From Magallana gigas (lineage: Eukaryota): a stretch of 64,000 nt of DNA. Below, piece after piece: positions 45,708 to 58,293 of the stretch. The notes under the pieces were generated by a model. That model made no database searches. It was not told the origin of the DNA and saw nothing but the letters and a program-made list of their open reading frames with translations. Both the position numbers and the translations under genes were made by a program. The stretch lies in assembly GCF_963853765.1 (NCBI RefSeq), contig NC_088853.1, positions 6,138,001 through 6,202,000 on the forward strand, written 5' to 3'. Within the stretch, counting starts at the first letter, position 1, and each line of letters starts with the position of its first letter.

Positions 45708-46629
45708 CTCTTACCGGACTGGTAGTGATGTTTAATAGACTTGTTGCACACATTCAGCTGTCCGAGCCCTCCTTTGTATGTTTTGGTTTTCCGACCTGTA
45801 AACTGAATAAACTTCCCCAGCTTGTCTGATCCATTAGTAAACTGTTCGCATTCCAAATTATGATGTTCGTCGCAACCACGTAGACCAAATATTTTGCATG
45901 CGTAAAAGAAAATAGTTTTCTGAAGTTGTTCCGCATTTTTCTTTCCAAACACTCCGACATCCCACAACTTAGCCTCATCCTCTGGTAAAATAGGATCAGC
46001 CTGCTTTGTAGTACAGCCTATGCCCAGTTCAATCAGCGACTTCATTTTTCCATCTAGAACTTTCCGAAATTCGATAAATGTTGTGTTTTTTTCGTCTAAA
46101 AAGTTTTTATCGTACACACCTTTGTCTCGCAAAAATCGCAGGAGTCCGCATGAAATCAAGTACAGGCCCTTAGGGGGATAATCCTTACCGTCCTGCCGTC
46201 TAGCTTCCACTATAAAGCGTTGTAGCCAGTAATTCATTTCCTCGCTGCCCTGGAATTGAAGTTCTGGAATAGTTTCGGATCTGCCGGTTCTCCATTTTTC
46301 AAACACATTGACCGCCCACTTAGTGTTCTGTTTAGTGTTAATGTTTTCCTGACTTTCAATTAACGATTTCAGGCACTTTCCGTCACAGGGGTTGCGAAGC
46401 GATCACCCGATGTGGTCGGCATTTTTGTAACGTTTTCATTTTCACCCAAAAAGTTCCAATCCAGTTGAAATTCACCATGATCCAATCCTGTTTCGTACTC
46501 TGCAAGCGTCTGGGTAAGGCTCATGTTAAGCAATCCGTCGAAAGCTTCCATTTCGTCACAAACTTGAGATAATGTCAAGTCGTCGATCTCTTCAATTTTG
46601 AATTCATCGTCGAGAAAATCTATGTCCAT
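45073..46629 (-). pseudogene. Crypton tyrosine recombinase (DUF3504/ZMYM-QRICH1-like); 2 exons (46629-45715, 45611-45073), one frameshift near 46372
   Basis: NTKQNTKWAV, RFIVEARRQDGKDYPP, GLRG (catalytic R), HSGKRT, TGHRS and KYKR; intron contains (TC)n. Confidence 0.85.
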
Positions 46630-46721
46630 CTTTCTAAGCGGTCTAAACTGAAATGCCGCGCAAAAAATTCCACTGCAGCTCGGGAAAGTAGGCGTGCCAC
46701 AAATCATTTGCTGGACCAATC

Positions 46722-46832
46722 GTCATACAATAATTGCTGTATCTAGAAATAAAACGGGGTCGTGACCTCGTGCCCTTGCGGGCACTCGTCACGCCTCCGT
46801 TTCATTTCTGGATACAGCAATTATTGTATGAC
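46722..46832. repeat. 111-bp imperfect palindrome (long hairpin) upstream of the Crypton YR gene
   Basis: 45-nt arms with 4 mismatches; inner GTGCCC-TTGC-GGGCAC stem. Confidence 0.9.
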
Positions 46833-47212
46833 TATTAGTCCAACAAATATAACTTATCCTGGATTATTTTGAATTGTTTATACTCGAGCAATGTTAGCAA
46901 TGTTTACAGAACACAAGTCTGTTATTGATGAAAAGGCGCGGAAACTGGCCTCTCTGCATGAAGTCATAAAGATAGCAAAAGGCTTACTCATGGTACATTT
47001 GAGAGGTAAAAGTGGGGTCTCGGTGTCAATTCATTGGATTATTTGAAACTGAAAACTGGCACTTTTACCCCCCCCCCCTTTAAAAAAATTACAAATTTAA
47101 AGTATCATGATGAAGGGAAAACTCGAAGCTTTTATTTATTTATCTTTATTATGCATTGTTAAATTGTTTAATTTGGATTTTTTTTATTACCGCCATTATC
47201 TCAACCCCCTCC

Positions 47213-47340
47213 TATACCTCCACAGTAGGTCTCAAATTTTGCATAACTTTTAGTATCAATCAGTTACTTGGAATCTCTTATACCTCCAGAGTAGGTTTCA
47301 GATTTTGCATAACTTTTAGTATCAATCAGTTACTTGGAAT
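47213..47340. repeat. Two ~66-bp tandem copies directly before a transposase-like start codon
   Basis: TATACCTCCA...TCAGTTACTTGGAAT at 47213 and 47279. Confidence 0.85.
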
Positions 47341-47346
47341 GTGAAG

Positions 47347-48130
47347 ATGGCGAATAACCAGACCAAGAAATCACCAAACTTTAGAATTGAAATTCAAGGT
47401 GATGCTGAATTTAAAAAATCTATTCAGGTCAGAATGCAAACAGTGAAAAATGTGTTGACCGCAGCGAGAAACAAACCTGCAACCAATAGTTTAATTATTA
47501 ATGAACTCTTGACATTCTAGATTGAAAATCATGATAACACTGCAAGGAATGACAGAACAAATGTTTTCCCACCTTCTTATTTTAGACCAAGAAGAAATAC
47601 ACAGATCAGCAAATTTTTGTTGCAGCAGAATCATCAATTTCCAATTTATGCAAACATTCTAAACTTTGTAATGGGAAGGTTACAGTTTTGAAGAGAACAA
47701 TGAAAGGTTATGTTATTTCCATTCGGTTTCAGTGCAACATTGATAAGAGTCATGGATATCTTTGGTCTTCATCTCCTTACCTGCCAAACAATGAATATCT
47801 TTTAAACCATCGGGTCAATCATGGATATCTCTGTAGTGGAATGCTTCCCTCCCATTACACAAGATTTTATAATGGCGCTGGCATAGGGTGAATCAAAAAG
47901 CAAAGAAGAAATTTTGTCTTCATAGTACAAAGAGGTGGCTGAGCAAATGTACATGTACATGGATTTCACTCAGGAAGCTCTCTATGCAGAGATTGGCACT
48001 TATGAGGACTTAGATGGAATAAATATTGTTACAGATGCAAGACATGAATGGCGCAAAAATGGGAAGGATACTTCTGTTGTCGCAGTTGGGGATATTCACA
48101 CAAAGTTATTGACTGTGTCCATGTAACAAA
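47347..48130 (+). pseudogene. 5' fragment of a Kolobok-like DDE transposase
   Basis: Fragments HGYLWSSSPYLP...LNHRV and INIVTDARHEWRKNGKDTSVVAVG; frameshifted and truncated. Confidence 0.5.
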
Positions 48131-48674
48131 AGCCCAGGACCCGGTAAATTATATATTGGAATCAAAAACTCGGGACAGAGTATATATATCTGCAAAGTAA
48201 TTGTAATTTGATTAATTACATTTGAAAACTCTTGTAATGGTAATTTAATTGAAGAATTTAAGCAAGTAATTGTAATTTAATTAATTACTTTCAATTGTAA
48301 TTGACCCCTATCTACGGCCTGCCGGCAAGCCTAGCTGCTACGATCTTGAACGCAGCCCTTGTCGTACGAGTTAACTTTTCTAATACGCATATAAATATAG
48401 TAAAGCTTTCTTTGAATTATTCGTATTGATGAAATCCCGATTTAAATGAGGAAAGTATTTTCTAATTTTCATCAATTTGGTTTTTTTTTTCATCACAGTT
48501 AAAAATAATTGTTCTAACGTGAATAATGTTATGGATGAACTTTTGAAGAGTATCGACTGTAAATCACATCATTGAATAAAATTTGAGTACGAATTAACCT
48601 AAGCATAAAAGCGGCAAAGGTGGCAGGGGATAGTTTCGAAGGAAAGATAGTTTCGAAGGAAAGACCCGGTCAAA

Positions 48675-48830
48675 ATTTTGAAATAAAGGGAGAACCTGAG
48701 GTTTGGTTGGTTATTTGAGGGGTATAAATTGGTAGAATATTTACTGCATTCATTTTGAAATAAAGGGAGAACCTGGGGTTTGGCTGGTTATTTGAGGGGT
48801 ATAAATTGGTAGAATATTTATTGCATTCAT
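48675..48830. repeat. Two 77-bp tandem copies
   Basis: ATTTTGAAATAAAGGGAGAACC at 48675 and 48752. Confidence 0.85.
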
Positions 48831-50176
48831 TTTGTGGATAGAGGAGCTCATGTCAATTTCATTGATATATGACACTTTAATACTGGTAGCACTTTCCATC
48901 AGATATGGAATGAAAATGCGAAACTGTGGCAAAAATTTTCACTTTTGGTTTTGTGCTTGAAAAGTAGGGTGGGTTTAGAACACGAAATGTCACTCGAAAA
49001 GAAGGTGATTAACCCCCCATCAATTGGTGATTACTTGCATGGGTATACATTAAAAAGGGCCATTTTTAGACCGTCCCTGGCTATTCTGTATAGTGCTATA
49101 TGTAAGTTGTACTTGTTTTATTCTGAAATGTTTTAAAATTCTCAAGAGTCGGGACCATGTGTCCCCTGCATGCAAACCAATTTTAGCAAATTAAAAAACC
49201 CACTGAAAAATTAAATCTCATATATGGGCACTATCTGCCTCACATTTCCTCGACCAAAAAAAGTATCCCCTGCCACCTAAGTGTTAATTCGCGGTTTAGT
49301 AATCTCATTATTAGTCCTCTACCGGTTTTCATCGGAGGGGACTTTAGCTTTCCTCTGCGTCCGTCAATCTGTCCCACTTCAGAAATTTGCTGAACAGCTT
49401 CTAAATGTCAAACTACAGATCAAGTTTACACTTTTGTAGCGTCTGGTTGACATACTTTCGAGAAAATTAATTTTTTGTATTCCAATTTTTTAATTTTCGG
49501 GTTCGATATTCTGCAGAACAGTGCATTTTTTTCACTATTTCCTCAAACCGGTAGGGGACGTGTATTGCTAATGCAATACTCTCAGAATGCTTGTTAATAC
49601 AAGTAACAGCTTTCCAAAAAGCTTGCCTGACTAAACAAAATTTTTCAATGGAAGTATGCATGTATCAATTTGGCTATCTTAACAGAAATTGGTTTTTATT
49701 TTCGCTGCTGATCATACATTTATAAACGGAGCGTGCAAATTTAAGACGAAATGTCAGTCTTTTCTTTGATCTAGAACATGTACATATATATCACATGAAA
49801 TTCCATTATTTTATTAATTCAATTTTTTTTAGGAATGTACACATATCAAGTGCATGCAAGCTTGAAAGCTGGAGATAAAATAGTTAATAAAAAGTAATGA
49901 TTTGTTATATAAGATGCAAAACCAACAGCGAGCAACAGTTTCAAGTAAAAGGGACGTTCACCATGCAATGCACGTGTGATTTAAAAATAGATCAGCATTC
50001 CACAATATATAAAGCACCAGTTTTTCTCCCATGGGAGACATTTTTTTATCAGGGTCTGCTGTCAACAAAAGGTTACAACACAGTTAGATTTATGACTCTG
50101 CAGTGATGTTCTGCGTAAAAAGCTACAGCATCGCTGAATGAAATAACAAGAACACGTGTAGAAGGTGTGTTGAAAT

Positions 50177-50829
50177 TTATTCCCACTTGTGTCCAATGTA
50201 AGAATCACTGTGTGGGTTTGGATACTTTGATCGTACTAATTTTAAAACACGCTCGGGCATTACTTGGCGTTGGTGGTATACAATATTTGGTCTTCCTTCT
50301 CCAAGTCTTTCTTTTTTTCTCAAATATTGTTCCATGTCCCAGCCTCCAAGATTACTAATGCTTCCAGAAGCGTCTGTAAAGTCCTTTCCGTATACCAGGA
50401 TTATAATTTGATGGCCCTTGTCCTTCTCCTAACCAGGGGGAGTTCTCATTTGTTGTTGCCACCCATGGACTAAGGAGGCAATAAGGACAGACTGTACTAT
50501 CTCCTGAGGAACTGGTTGAAGGTTCTTCTGTTCTGTCCGTCTCTTCATATGATGATGAGTAAGACTGTTTAGCCTGTCTTACATGTACTTTTCTATTTCT
50601 TGTCTTATCTTTTTTTTAAAAGCAATGAACAAAATTAAATAAATGAACTAAATATACTATAAATCATTAATTTGAAGTTTTTGTCACATATAGAACTATT
50701 GGAGAGAGAATAAATCACACATTCAATAGTCTGATAAGTTAATTCCCATTTATTGTCTTCAAATAGTTTTTCAACAGCTTCTTTCTGCTTTTTTGTCACG
50801 GAAAGGTTTATAATTTCACACTCGGCCAT
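50177..50829 (-). pseudogene. Second KolX/ballast-like protein (frameshift near 50360)
   Basis: CPYCLLSP...IRKGLYRRFWK/ISNLGGW...RQVMPERVLKLVRSKYPNP...YIGHKWE. Confidence 0.55.
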
Positions 50830-51149
50830 AGTTTTTCAAGATTTCAGTGGGATGAGTAATTCATTAAACCTGATACTCCAAATATATATATCATTTTAGA
50901 ATTCTGATTGGCTGACAGCATCATTCTGCTAAATTTGAATTGTTTGAAACATCAATTTATTTTCACTAGCCCAATTTTTCATTGTATAAGGAAATAATTT
51001 GTGTTTTGAAAACATGAACAAGGAAAATGTTCTTCTTGACATCACTAACAGTAATTCATAAAAATCGGGTCACATCCCGCTTTAACGATTTAATTCCTTC
51101 AGAAAACATTCCAGCGGTTTTAGCTTTTAACACAGTTCTTGACCGGTAT

Positions 51150-51760
51150 AGTGAAATTCCCTGAATCGTAGAAACAGCAGAGGTGCTCTATTACGGTATA
51201 TCACAGAATTGGCCTTGTCAAGTGTATGGTAGATGGCTCCTTTTCACCAAGGAATTTCCACAAACCCATGGTATGAGACTCACCTGTGTCTTACAGAATG
51301 TCTATAAACTTGTCCCCAAGTCAACACTTGATGATACACACCTCACCGACAAGTTCACTAACTGCCGCTTATGTCGGAATGTAAAATTGTCCACATCCCC
51401 TTTCTATTCATCACCACAAGTCTGGGCTTATCACAAATGCGAGTCTAATTTTCACTTAAAGATATGTGTCCTTCCAGTGATCAGTCTGACACTCTACTGA
51501 ACAATATTTCGATACTTCACATTTTTAAGATTTAAACAGTTCCCTCTCACTTCGTCCGCACAGATATCACTGCTATTAAATGTCTTCTCTGTGACTGGGG
51601 ACTGCATCGGCTTGAATCAACCACTTCCCCATTGGGATTTCTCAATTCCGTTACGCGGGCTTCGATCTCGGCACGGGGTTTCATTACTTCCACGAAAAGA
51701 GTATACTCTTTAACTGGCTTTTTTGACTGGTGTCACACAGGATGCTGATTCCACGGCTGG
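51150..51760 (-). pseudogene. Degraded retroelement fragment with a MYND-like finger and aspartic-protease motif
   Basis: CGRSERELFKS*KCEVSKYCSVECQTDHWK, then LVGEVCIIKC*L...IL*DTG. Confidence 0.45.
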
Positions 51761-52340
51761 TTCAGCGTTTTCTTAGAGGTGATTTTATTCATCTGCATGT
51801 CTTCTTTTAACAAGATTACACTAAGTGTCTTGATGAGCCCTAAATGTTGCTGGGTCTGAAAAATAATGAGGAGACACTAGTTTCTTGTAGAAAAAAATCT
51901 CTAACACAATACTAGCTATATTCCTAAATCGACAAATTGTTGCCAGATCATTAGAGAAAAAAAAGAAATAAATACGAGGTCACAGGTAAACGCTAAATAT
52001 AAAAAAGAAAACAATTGTTGAATGACCTTAACACTCGTTTTATTTTCTATCCCATATTTCGCCTTGTTCAGTTTCAATCTTATTCAACAATAACCTGATT
52101 AAACTATCTTTTGTTTTTCTATTTCTCTTCAGTACCATTTCTCAAATTGAAAGAAGCAAACGACGAAGATACTTCATTTTGTTGAGAATAGTTTTCTCTT
52201 TGGAATCAATTTCTTTACATCGACAGCGACGTAATTTGATTGACGTAATCCTTAACGTGTTTGCTGAAATCCAGCAATTGAAAAGTAGAAGCATCCTTAT
52301 CCATTAAACCAAGGAATTCTGCAATAAATGTTGATAGATA

Positions 52341-52930
52341 TCAGGGGTAAACAATAGTATACATTTTGGCTACCTGAAGGGACTCTTCTGGTAGTCTATA
52401 ATATTCTCTATGTGTTCTTATATCATGACCAAGAAAGTTGGTTAGGATGTCCAACTCATTGTCTTTTAAATTCAGTATTTGAGACAGGGTTGCTATATGA
52501 TGCCTTAACTTTGTTGACCTTAGTAATTCTGGATGTTTGCTCCTCATTTGAGAGAACACTCTCTCAGGACAACACTGATGCTCATTTTGACTTTGCTTGT
52601 TAAAACAATTGGGATCGTTCTTTTTCAATTAATGTCTACTTTTTCTAAACTAGAACACAGGCGAGTTAATTTTGTTGCTTGTTATACGAGTATTCAATTT
52701 TATTCTGATTGACACTCTTTTGTGCGGGGGAATCACTATAATTCTGGAAAATCCGGCCTCTACCAGTACTTTTTCTTTTGAAGTACATCTTAAATTTCCG
52801 TCTTTACGAAATCTCGTCTTCATGTGCGTTACGCAGATGGTTGTTTCCTCCTCTTGTCCGTTTTGTATATCTCCTGTTTTATTTGTAGTTGTCACCCTAA
52901 TATCTTCAGGCAGGGGAGCACAAAGGGTAG
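52341..52930 (-). pseudogene. Tyrosine-recombinase C-terminal fragment (second, distinct YR family)
   Basis: LRSTKLRHHIATLSQILNL...FLGHDIRTHREYYRLP. Confidence 0.7.
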
Positions 52931-53715
52931 CACACTTTAAGACTGTGGATTTCCCAGGACCATGGTTTATCCTGTGGATGGCAGAATAGACATTTCAATG
53001 TCAAGTTGTCCTGAAATGGATAATTACATCCAAAGTCTTAATTTATCCTTGATTAAAAGATTGATAAATAGCCCAAATTCAAAATGGAATATTTCATTTA
53101 ATAAATAAATTAATACAGACACAAAACTGAAGACTGGGTCAAACTTCATATCCTGTATAACTAAATTAGTACGAAACTTTATTGCTTTCAAAAATATACA
53201 AGATAGAAAGAAAATTACATACAGGGCAAGAATTTATTACACAATATATGTGGTACAATAAGAACATTACAGGGGGGGGGGGGGGGGGGTCACTTTTCTT
53301 AATAAATGATATAATAAGAAAATTGTTTATATCAATGCTCTGGGAATGCAAATGGGTCCTTTTTAAGTTTGCAAGACATTAAGAAAGTTTGGTGTCAAAT
53401 GAAACGTCCTTACATATCTTGGTCTATAGTATCTTTTTTAACGAGTGAAACGGTTGAAAGAGTTATCTTCCCTTGTTTGTATTTTATTATCCGTAATTAT
53501 TGTAAATTTATGTAAAACAAGGAAAATAATATTGAAAAAGATTCAATTTATACTATTTTCTTGGTTATGAGATGTCTTAATGAAACACTAAATATTCCTG
53601 AATTACTTACATATATATAGTAGATTGCATATATTGCCGATTAGATTATTCTTATAAGAGATCGGAAACTTGGCTTTTTCTTCTCAATCGTCTTGACTGA
53701 ACAGTTCAACAACTA

Positions 53716-53765
<50 letters not shown>

Positions 53766-54664
53766 TTCTCCCCTCTAAGGAATAATCTTGTTTTGAAGTA
53801 AATGTACCTAAAGTCGCTTATTGTATTCAAATGTATTTGATTGTTCAGCTTAAAAAAAATCATTGTTTACCTTAGAAAGAGGTGAAATGGGTCTTCAAAA
53901 AGACAATCTGGATAGGCAGCATTTTTAAAACAGAATTTTTGTACTAAATTCTTGCACAGCTCTCTCATTTTTGACATGTGCTTCTTCTAGACTTGATGCA
54001 ATGGATTTATGCAAAGTGAATTGTGACATGTGTGAAACCTGTTTATCATGCGGAATATGTAATGCGTTTGTGTGCAACATGTACATAAATCTGTGTGCCA
54101 TGAAAAAATATCTTGTGTTGTCAGGTAATGTAATTTTGACCCTACAATATTTTGTCCTCTGATTATCCCCCCTTTCCCCGCCTACTTGTTGCTAAGCTAT
54201 TATTTAAAAAATCACACCTAAAGTATACTCTCCCTAACCATATCAACTTTTTTTCTACAAGACAATACGAATGCATGAGGAGAAAATTGAGAGAATTGAC
54301 AAATTCCTCAAGCTGATGAAACAAAGTGTACATGCAAGTGGAGCCCATTTCAAGCTCAATTTCGAAAGGAGGTGGAAAATTGAATCTACTGAATCCAAGA
54401 AAAGCAAATTGCTCATGTATGGAGTAACGTGAAAAGAAAGAACTCTTCTATCGCTCTGAATGTCTAATTGAATACTACAAGTGCTGCAAAACAAAACAAG
54501 ATACATTTATAAGCATCTATGTAAAGGAAACAGGCGGGGAAAATGAACCTTGTAAGTTTTTAATTTTGTCAAAATAATATTGTGCATATTTTATACACAA
54601 TAACATACTGAAAGTGATATATTATCAAGATATTTTATTGGAAATTTTACTGGACATTCCTAGT

Positions 54665-55045
54665 AACCTAACTTTACGATAAACGCGATGACTTAAAATT
54701 TTCTATAGTCAACTTTCCTTACTTATGTAGTAGTATACCTTCATCACCTGCTTATGTTTTTCGTCTCGTTTAATTCGATACACAAAGGCATGCTCTTCGT
54801 ATGAACAGTTTCTAAGGCAAGGAAAGCTACTGACAAGTTTATAAAACAGGACTATCATAAGTCTCGTTTGAAGTCATCTTTTCGTAAGTTCTATGGTCGA
54901 TACAACGACCTTGTCAGCAAGCAAATACATGCTGACTGGTGTTTTTCATGCTAATTGTTAGACCATAATTTAATCACCAAATTGTCTACGGTTTTTCCGT
55001 GTTTTCCCCGATTACGACAAAGAACACATGGCAGGTGTGGCCGGT
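54665..55045 (+). mobile_element. Penelope-like element 3' fragment
   Basis: KLYDKRDD...SIVNFPYLCS.IPSSPAY...LIRY..AC...RLKSSFRKFYGRYNDLV. Confidence 0.75.
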
Positions 55046-55610
55046 TAATAAACTTCAAAGTATATGACATAAGAACGGATGTTTCTTTTAAATATTTATG
55101 ATTTAATGTCATTAATCACCTACGCCGATGCGATTAATATAGATCGTTTGCAATTTTAGGATTCGCCTGTCACGATGATGGACGTCACAAAAATACATCA
55201 AATATATTGTTTAACATCGTTGTCAATATATGTAACATATATTTCAAGAAATACACCCGGTCAAAGTATTTTCGCGATTATTCAAATAATATCGTTTTCC
55301 AGTCGTATGTTAGCACCGGGACGCCTTAACATTGTTGCGGACCATGTTTCTATAAATTAAACAAAGTAGGTGGATCAGTAATTTGTATTATACTTTCATG
55401 TTAAATATTTAAATCTGCTTGGTTTAGACGCAGTTGGTAATCCGTTCTATTACCCTCAGCGTTAGCAACACACTTGGCAACAGGTAACACAACGAATTGT
55501 TACGTGCGCGTAAATTGTGCGCGTACGCTTCGCTGTAGAATTCGCTTGATTTCTGTATAAAAGCAGTAAAATTTTCTTTTAATTTAGGACATTCAGTGTA
55601 ATAATATATT

Positions 55611-55743
55611 TAGTGCCTGTTTAGGAGGGTAACTGTTGAAATTGACACCCCGAGAAAACCATTGTCAACCGACGCGAAGCGGAGGTTGACAATGGTTTTT
55701 GAGGGGTGTCAATTTCAACAGTTACCCTCCCAAACATGCACTA
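55611..55743. repeat. 133-bp imperfect palindrome (probable non-autonomous Crypton-like element)
   Basis: 60-nt arms with 5 mismatches; apex GA-CGC-GAA-GCG-GA. Confidence 0.9.
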
Positions 55744-55823
55744 TTTATATAATGTTAACCTTTGACAGCTGCTTATGTACAGTTGATTTTGTGTTCTATT
55801 GTTATTTAGTATCTTCTATCTTT

Positions 55824-56174
55824 TTAAGTTTGGGATGATAGAAGCTGTTCTGCATTGTCTAATATTTCAACTGGGATGTCGATGTTTGCTTTTGCCAAGA
55901 CTTTAATTTTACGGACCTTTGCCACTTTTCCGTTCTTCGGGATAAATTCTCTCTCTGGTGTGAGAAGTTTTTCCTCGTTTATCATTCCGTTTTTACTTGT
56001 GTCTGTGCAGGTGGCAACTAAACTAAAATTCATCATATCAGCGCCTTCCCAATTACTGATTTGAACTTTCCAACGTGGCAAATTTTTATTTACTTTGGCC
56101 ATTACGCTTACAGAAATTGGTGTTGGCATACTGCTTCGTACTATCTCTAACTCAGAAATGGTAATCTTAGCCAT
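55824..56174 (-). CDS. Hypothetical 116-aa ORF
   Basis: Open from ATG 56174 with protein-like composition; no family recognised. Confidence 0.35.
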   Translation of the reverse strand: MAKITISELEIVRSSMPTPISVSVMAKVNKNLPRWKVQISNWEGADMMNFSLVATCTDTSKNGMINEEKLLTPEREFIPKNGKVAKVRKIKVLAKANIDIPVEILDNAEQLLSSQT

Positions 56175-56416
56175 CCTAAATTTAAATTCATAAAACAAAA
56201 TAATTATTTCATATTTAAACATTCTTGCATGTAGGTAAAGCATATAATGTGTAAACTATTAATAAGTAAATAATTTGCATGAGTAAGCGTTAAAATCTAG
56301 AGATGCATATTTCAAAACAACTTGCTAGTTTCGACTAAATCAATTAATGCTTTAAATCCAAAAGAACATTGAGGCTCTTCACATATTGAACCCCCCCCCC
56401 CCCCCCCACCACCACC

Positions 56417-58060
56417 TGTTACTATGTTACATTTTGGGTAATAAGCCAGTTCACCTGTGGACTTTTCCCTCCTCCGGAGAGAGGAGAGCGTTTTTAAATG
56501 GCGGGAACCAAAATGGCAAGGAGTCTTATTGAGATGTAATCTTTTATAGAGTATTAAAGGTATCTTTTCATGGTAGCAGAGCGCGGAAACAGAAGATAAC
56601 CATGGCTAGCAACTTTAAGAACCCCCCAATGTTTGACCAAAAGGCAATGACTTATTAAAGGGGCATGGTCACGATTTTGGTCAAAAATTATTTTTTCGAT
56701 TTTAATGTGTATAATGCTTCAGTAAGGCAATATTAATAGGCAACCAAAATGTGGGTGTCATTTGTCGAGTTATAAGCGAGTTACAGAGCTTACAATTCCT
56801 CGCCATGTAAACAAAGCTTTTGTTTACTTTTTGAATGCTGAAGTGAAAATTCCAGTTTTATACCTTAAATGAATGTGTTAATTGTTAGGAACTGTTCATT
56901 TAGGCTTTAAATGAATGAGAATATAGACAAATCATCTTGAAAAAGATTTTTTACTGGTATATTGAACCTATGTAAACAAAATCAGGGCACGAGCCTTGTT
57001 TACATGACGAAGAATTGTGAGCCCTGTATCTTGCTTAAAACTAATCGACGGGCACCCAAATTTCATTCGATCATTAGAAATGCATTCATAAAGCATTGTA
57101 AATTATAAAAACAGAAAAATAAAATTTGACCAAAATCGTGACCATGCCCCTTTAAACATGGAAAAACGAAATGGCTGTATGGCAGCTTGTAACAGAGTTG
57201 AAGAAAGACAAGCAAGCACTGGCTGTATCACTGTCTCTGACTGGAAATGCACGAGAAACAGCTATGGAAGTTCCAGCAGAAGACCTGGGGAAAGCTGACG
57301 GTACGGAAAAACTTAAAGCACAGTTAGACAAAGATTTTCTTCGTGATGACAAAGATAAATAAGGCATGCGAGGCATACAAAATCTTTGATGCTTTTAAAA
57401 TAACAGAAAACATGAACATCTCCGATTACATTCTTGAATTTGATAAACCCTACAACAAAGCAAAAAAGTATGAAATGGCACTTCCTGAGGCCATTCTTGC
57501 CTTTAAGATACTGGACAATGCAGGACTTTCCTCACAAGAGAAACAATTAGATTTAACTGCATGCACTGACCTTCAGTACAAATCTATGAAGTCAGCATTA
57601 CAACGAATTTTTGGTGAAAATTCTAGTTCTTATTCGGATGTTAAAACTGATTCTCAAATCATTACAGTCAAACAGGAGCCCGGTTTCTGCACACAAAACA
57701 AGAAAATAAACAGCAAACAACGAGGGACAAATCCTCTTAACAAGTTTGGGAAACGGACAAAATGTATCATATGTCAAAGTGTTTTTCATTGAGCCAAGGA
57801 CTGTCCAGAGAAAAGGAATGCAGTACAAATGACAGAGTGTGATCCCGATGAAGTGGAGGACTGTAATGTAACTCTACTCACAAAAGAAGTACCCTCAACA
57901 AATGAGAAGAACAGCTCCTTAGTTCAAAAGAGAAACACACTAGAAATAAGAAAGATGTTCAATTACGGAAGACAGATGGAGTCACGGAATGGCTGCAGCA
58001 ATACGAAGAAAGGCAAGTTGAATTTCAGAGAAACAAGCTGGAAAAATAAAGAGATGCATG
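56417..58060 (+). mobile_element. Degraded Ty1/Copia element (5' LTR ~56417-56570, tRNA-Met PBS, gag), GalEa-like by PBS
   Basis: TG...CA LTR candidate with ATTAAA; PBS TGGTAGCAGAGC at 56571; gag MASNFKNPP...WKNEMAVWQ...; knuckle CIICQSVFH*AKDC; no 3' LTR seen. Confidence 0.7.
56659..57151. mobile_element. Complete 493-bp non-autonomous Kolobok element (possibly a solo terminal repeat)
   Basis: Perfect 27-bp TIRs AGGGGCATGGTCACGATTTTGGTCAAA; TTAA on both sides (56655-56658, 57152-57155); splits the Copia gag. Confidence 0.92.
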
Positions 58061-58293
58061 ATGAGAAGATGCAAATTATGTCTTTTATACTTCTATTTAT
58101 GACAGGCTTACGATTCATCATTGGATTTTAATGTTGCATGTAGCAATTATGAATACATTGCACAAGAGCATTTCTTTTGTTAACACCCCGTAGATCATTT
58201 CTGTATATATTATAGTTCACTCTGTTCAAATGATTTGGATTTGTTGTGTGATAAGCTTTTGCGAAAATTTATTGTTTAGCTAGATCATGATGC

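Larger units (their letters stand above)
44730..46850 (-). mobile_element. Crypton tyrosine-recombinase DNA transposon, near full length
   Basis: YR gene flanked by TACAATAA inverted repeats at one end and a 111-bp hairpin containing the same motif at the other. Confidence 0.75.

Noticed and set aside
53950-54510. Cys-rich and VTPYM-containing short ORFs
   Set aside because: Motif matches are too short and inconsistent between frames to assign a family.
56571-56582. tRNA-like sequence
   Set aside because: Only a 12-nt primer-binding site complementary to the tRNA-Met 3' end, not a tRNA gene.
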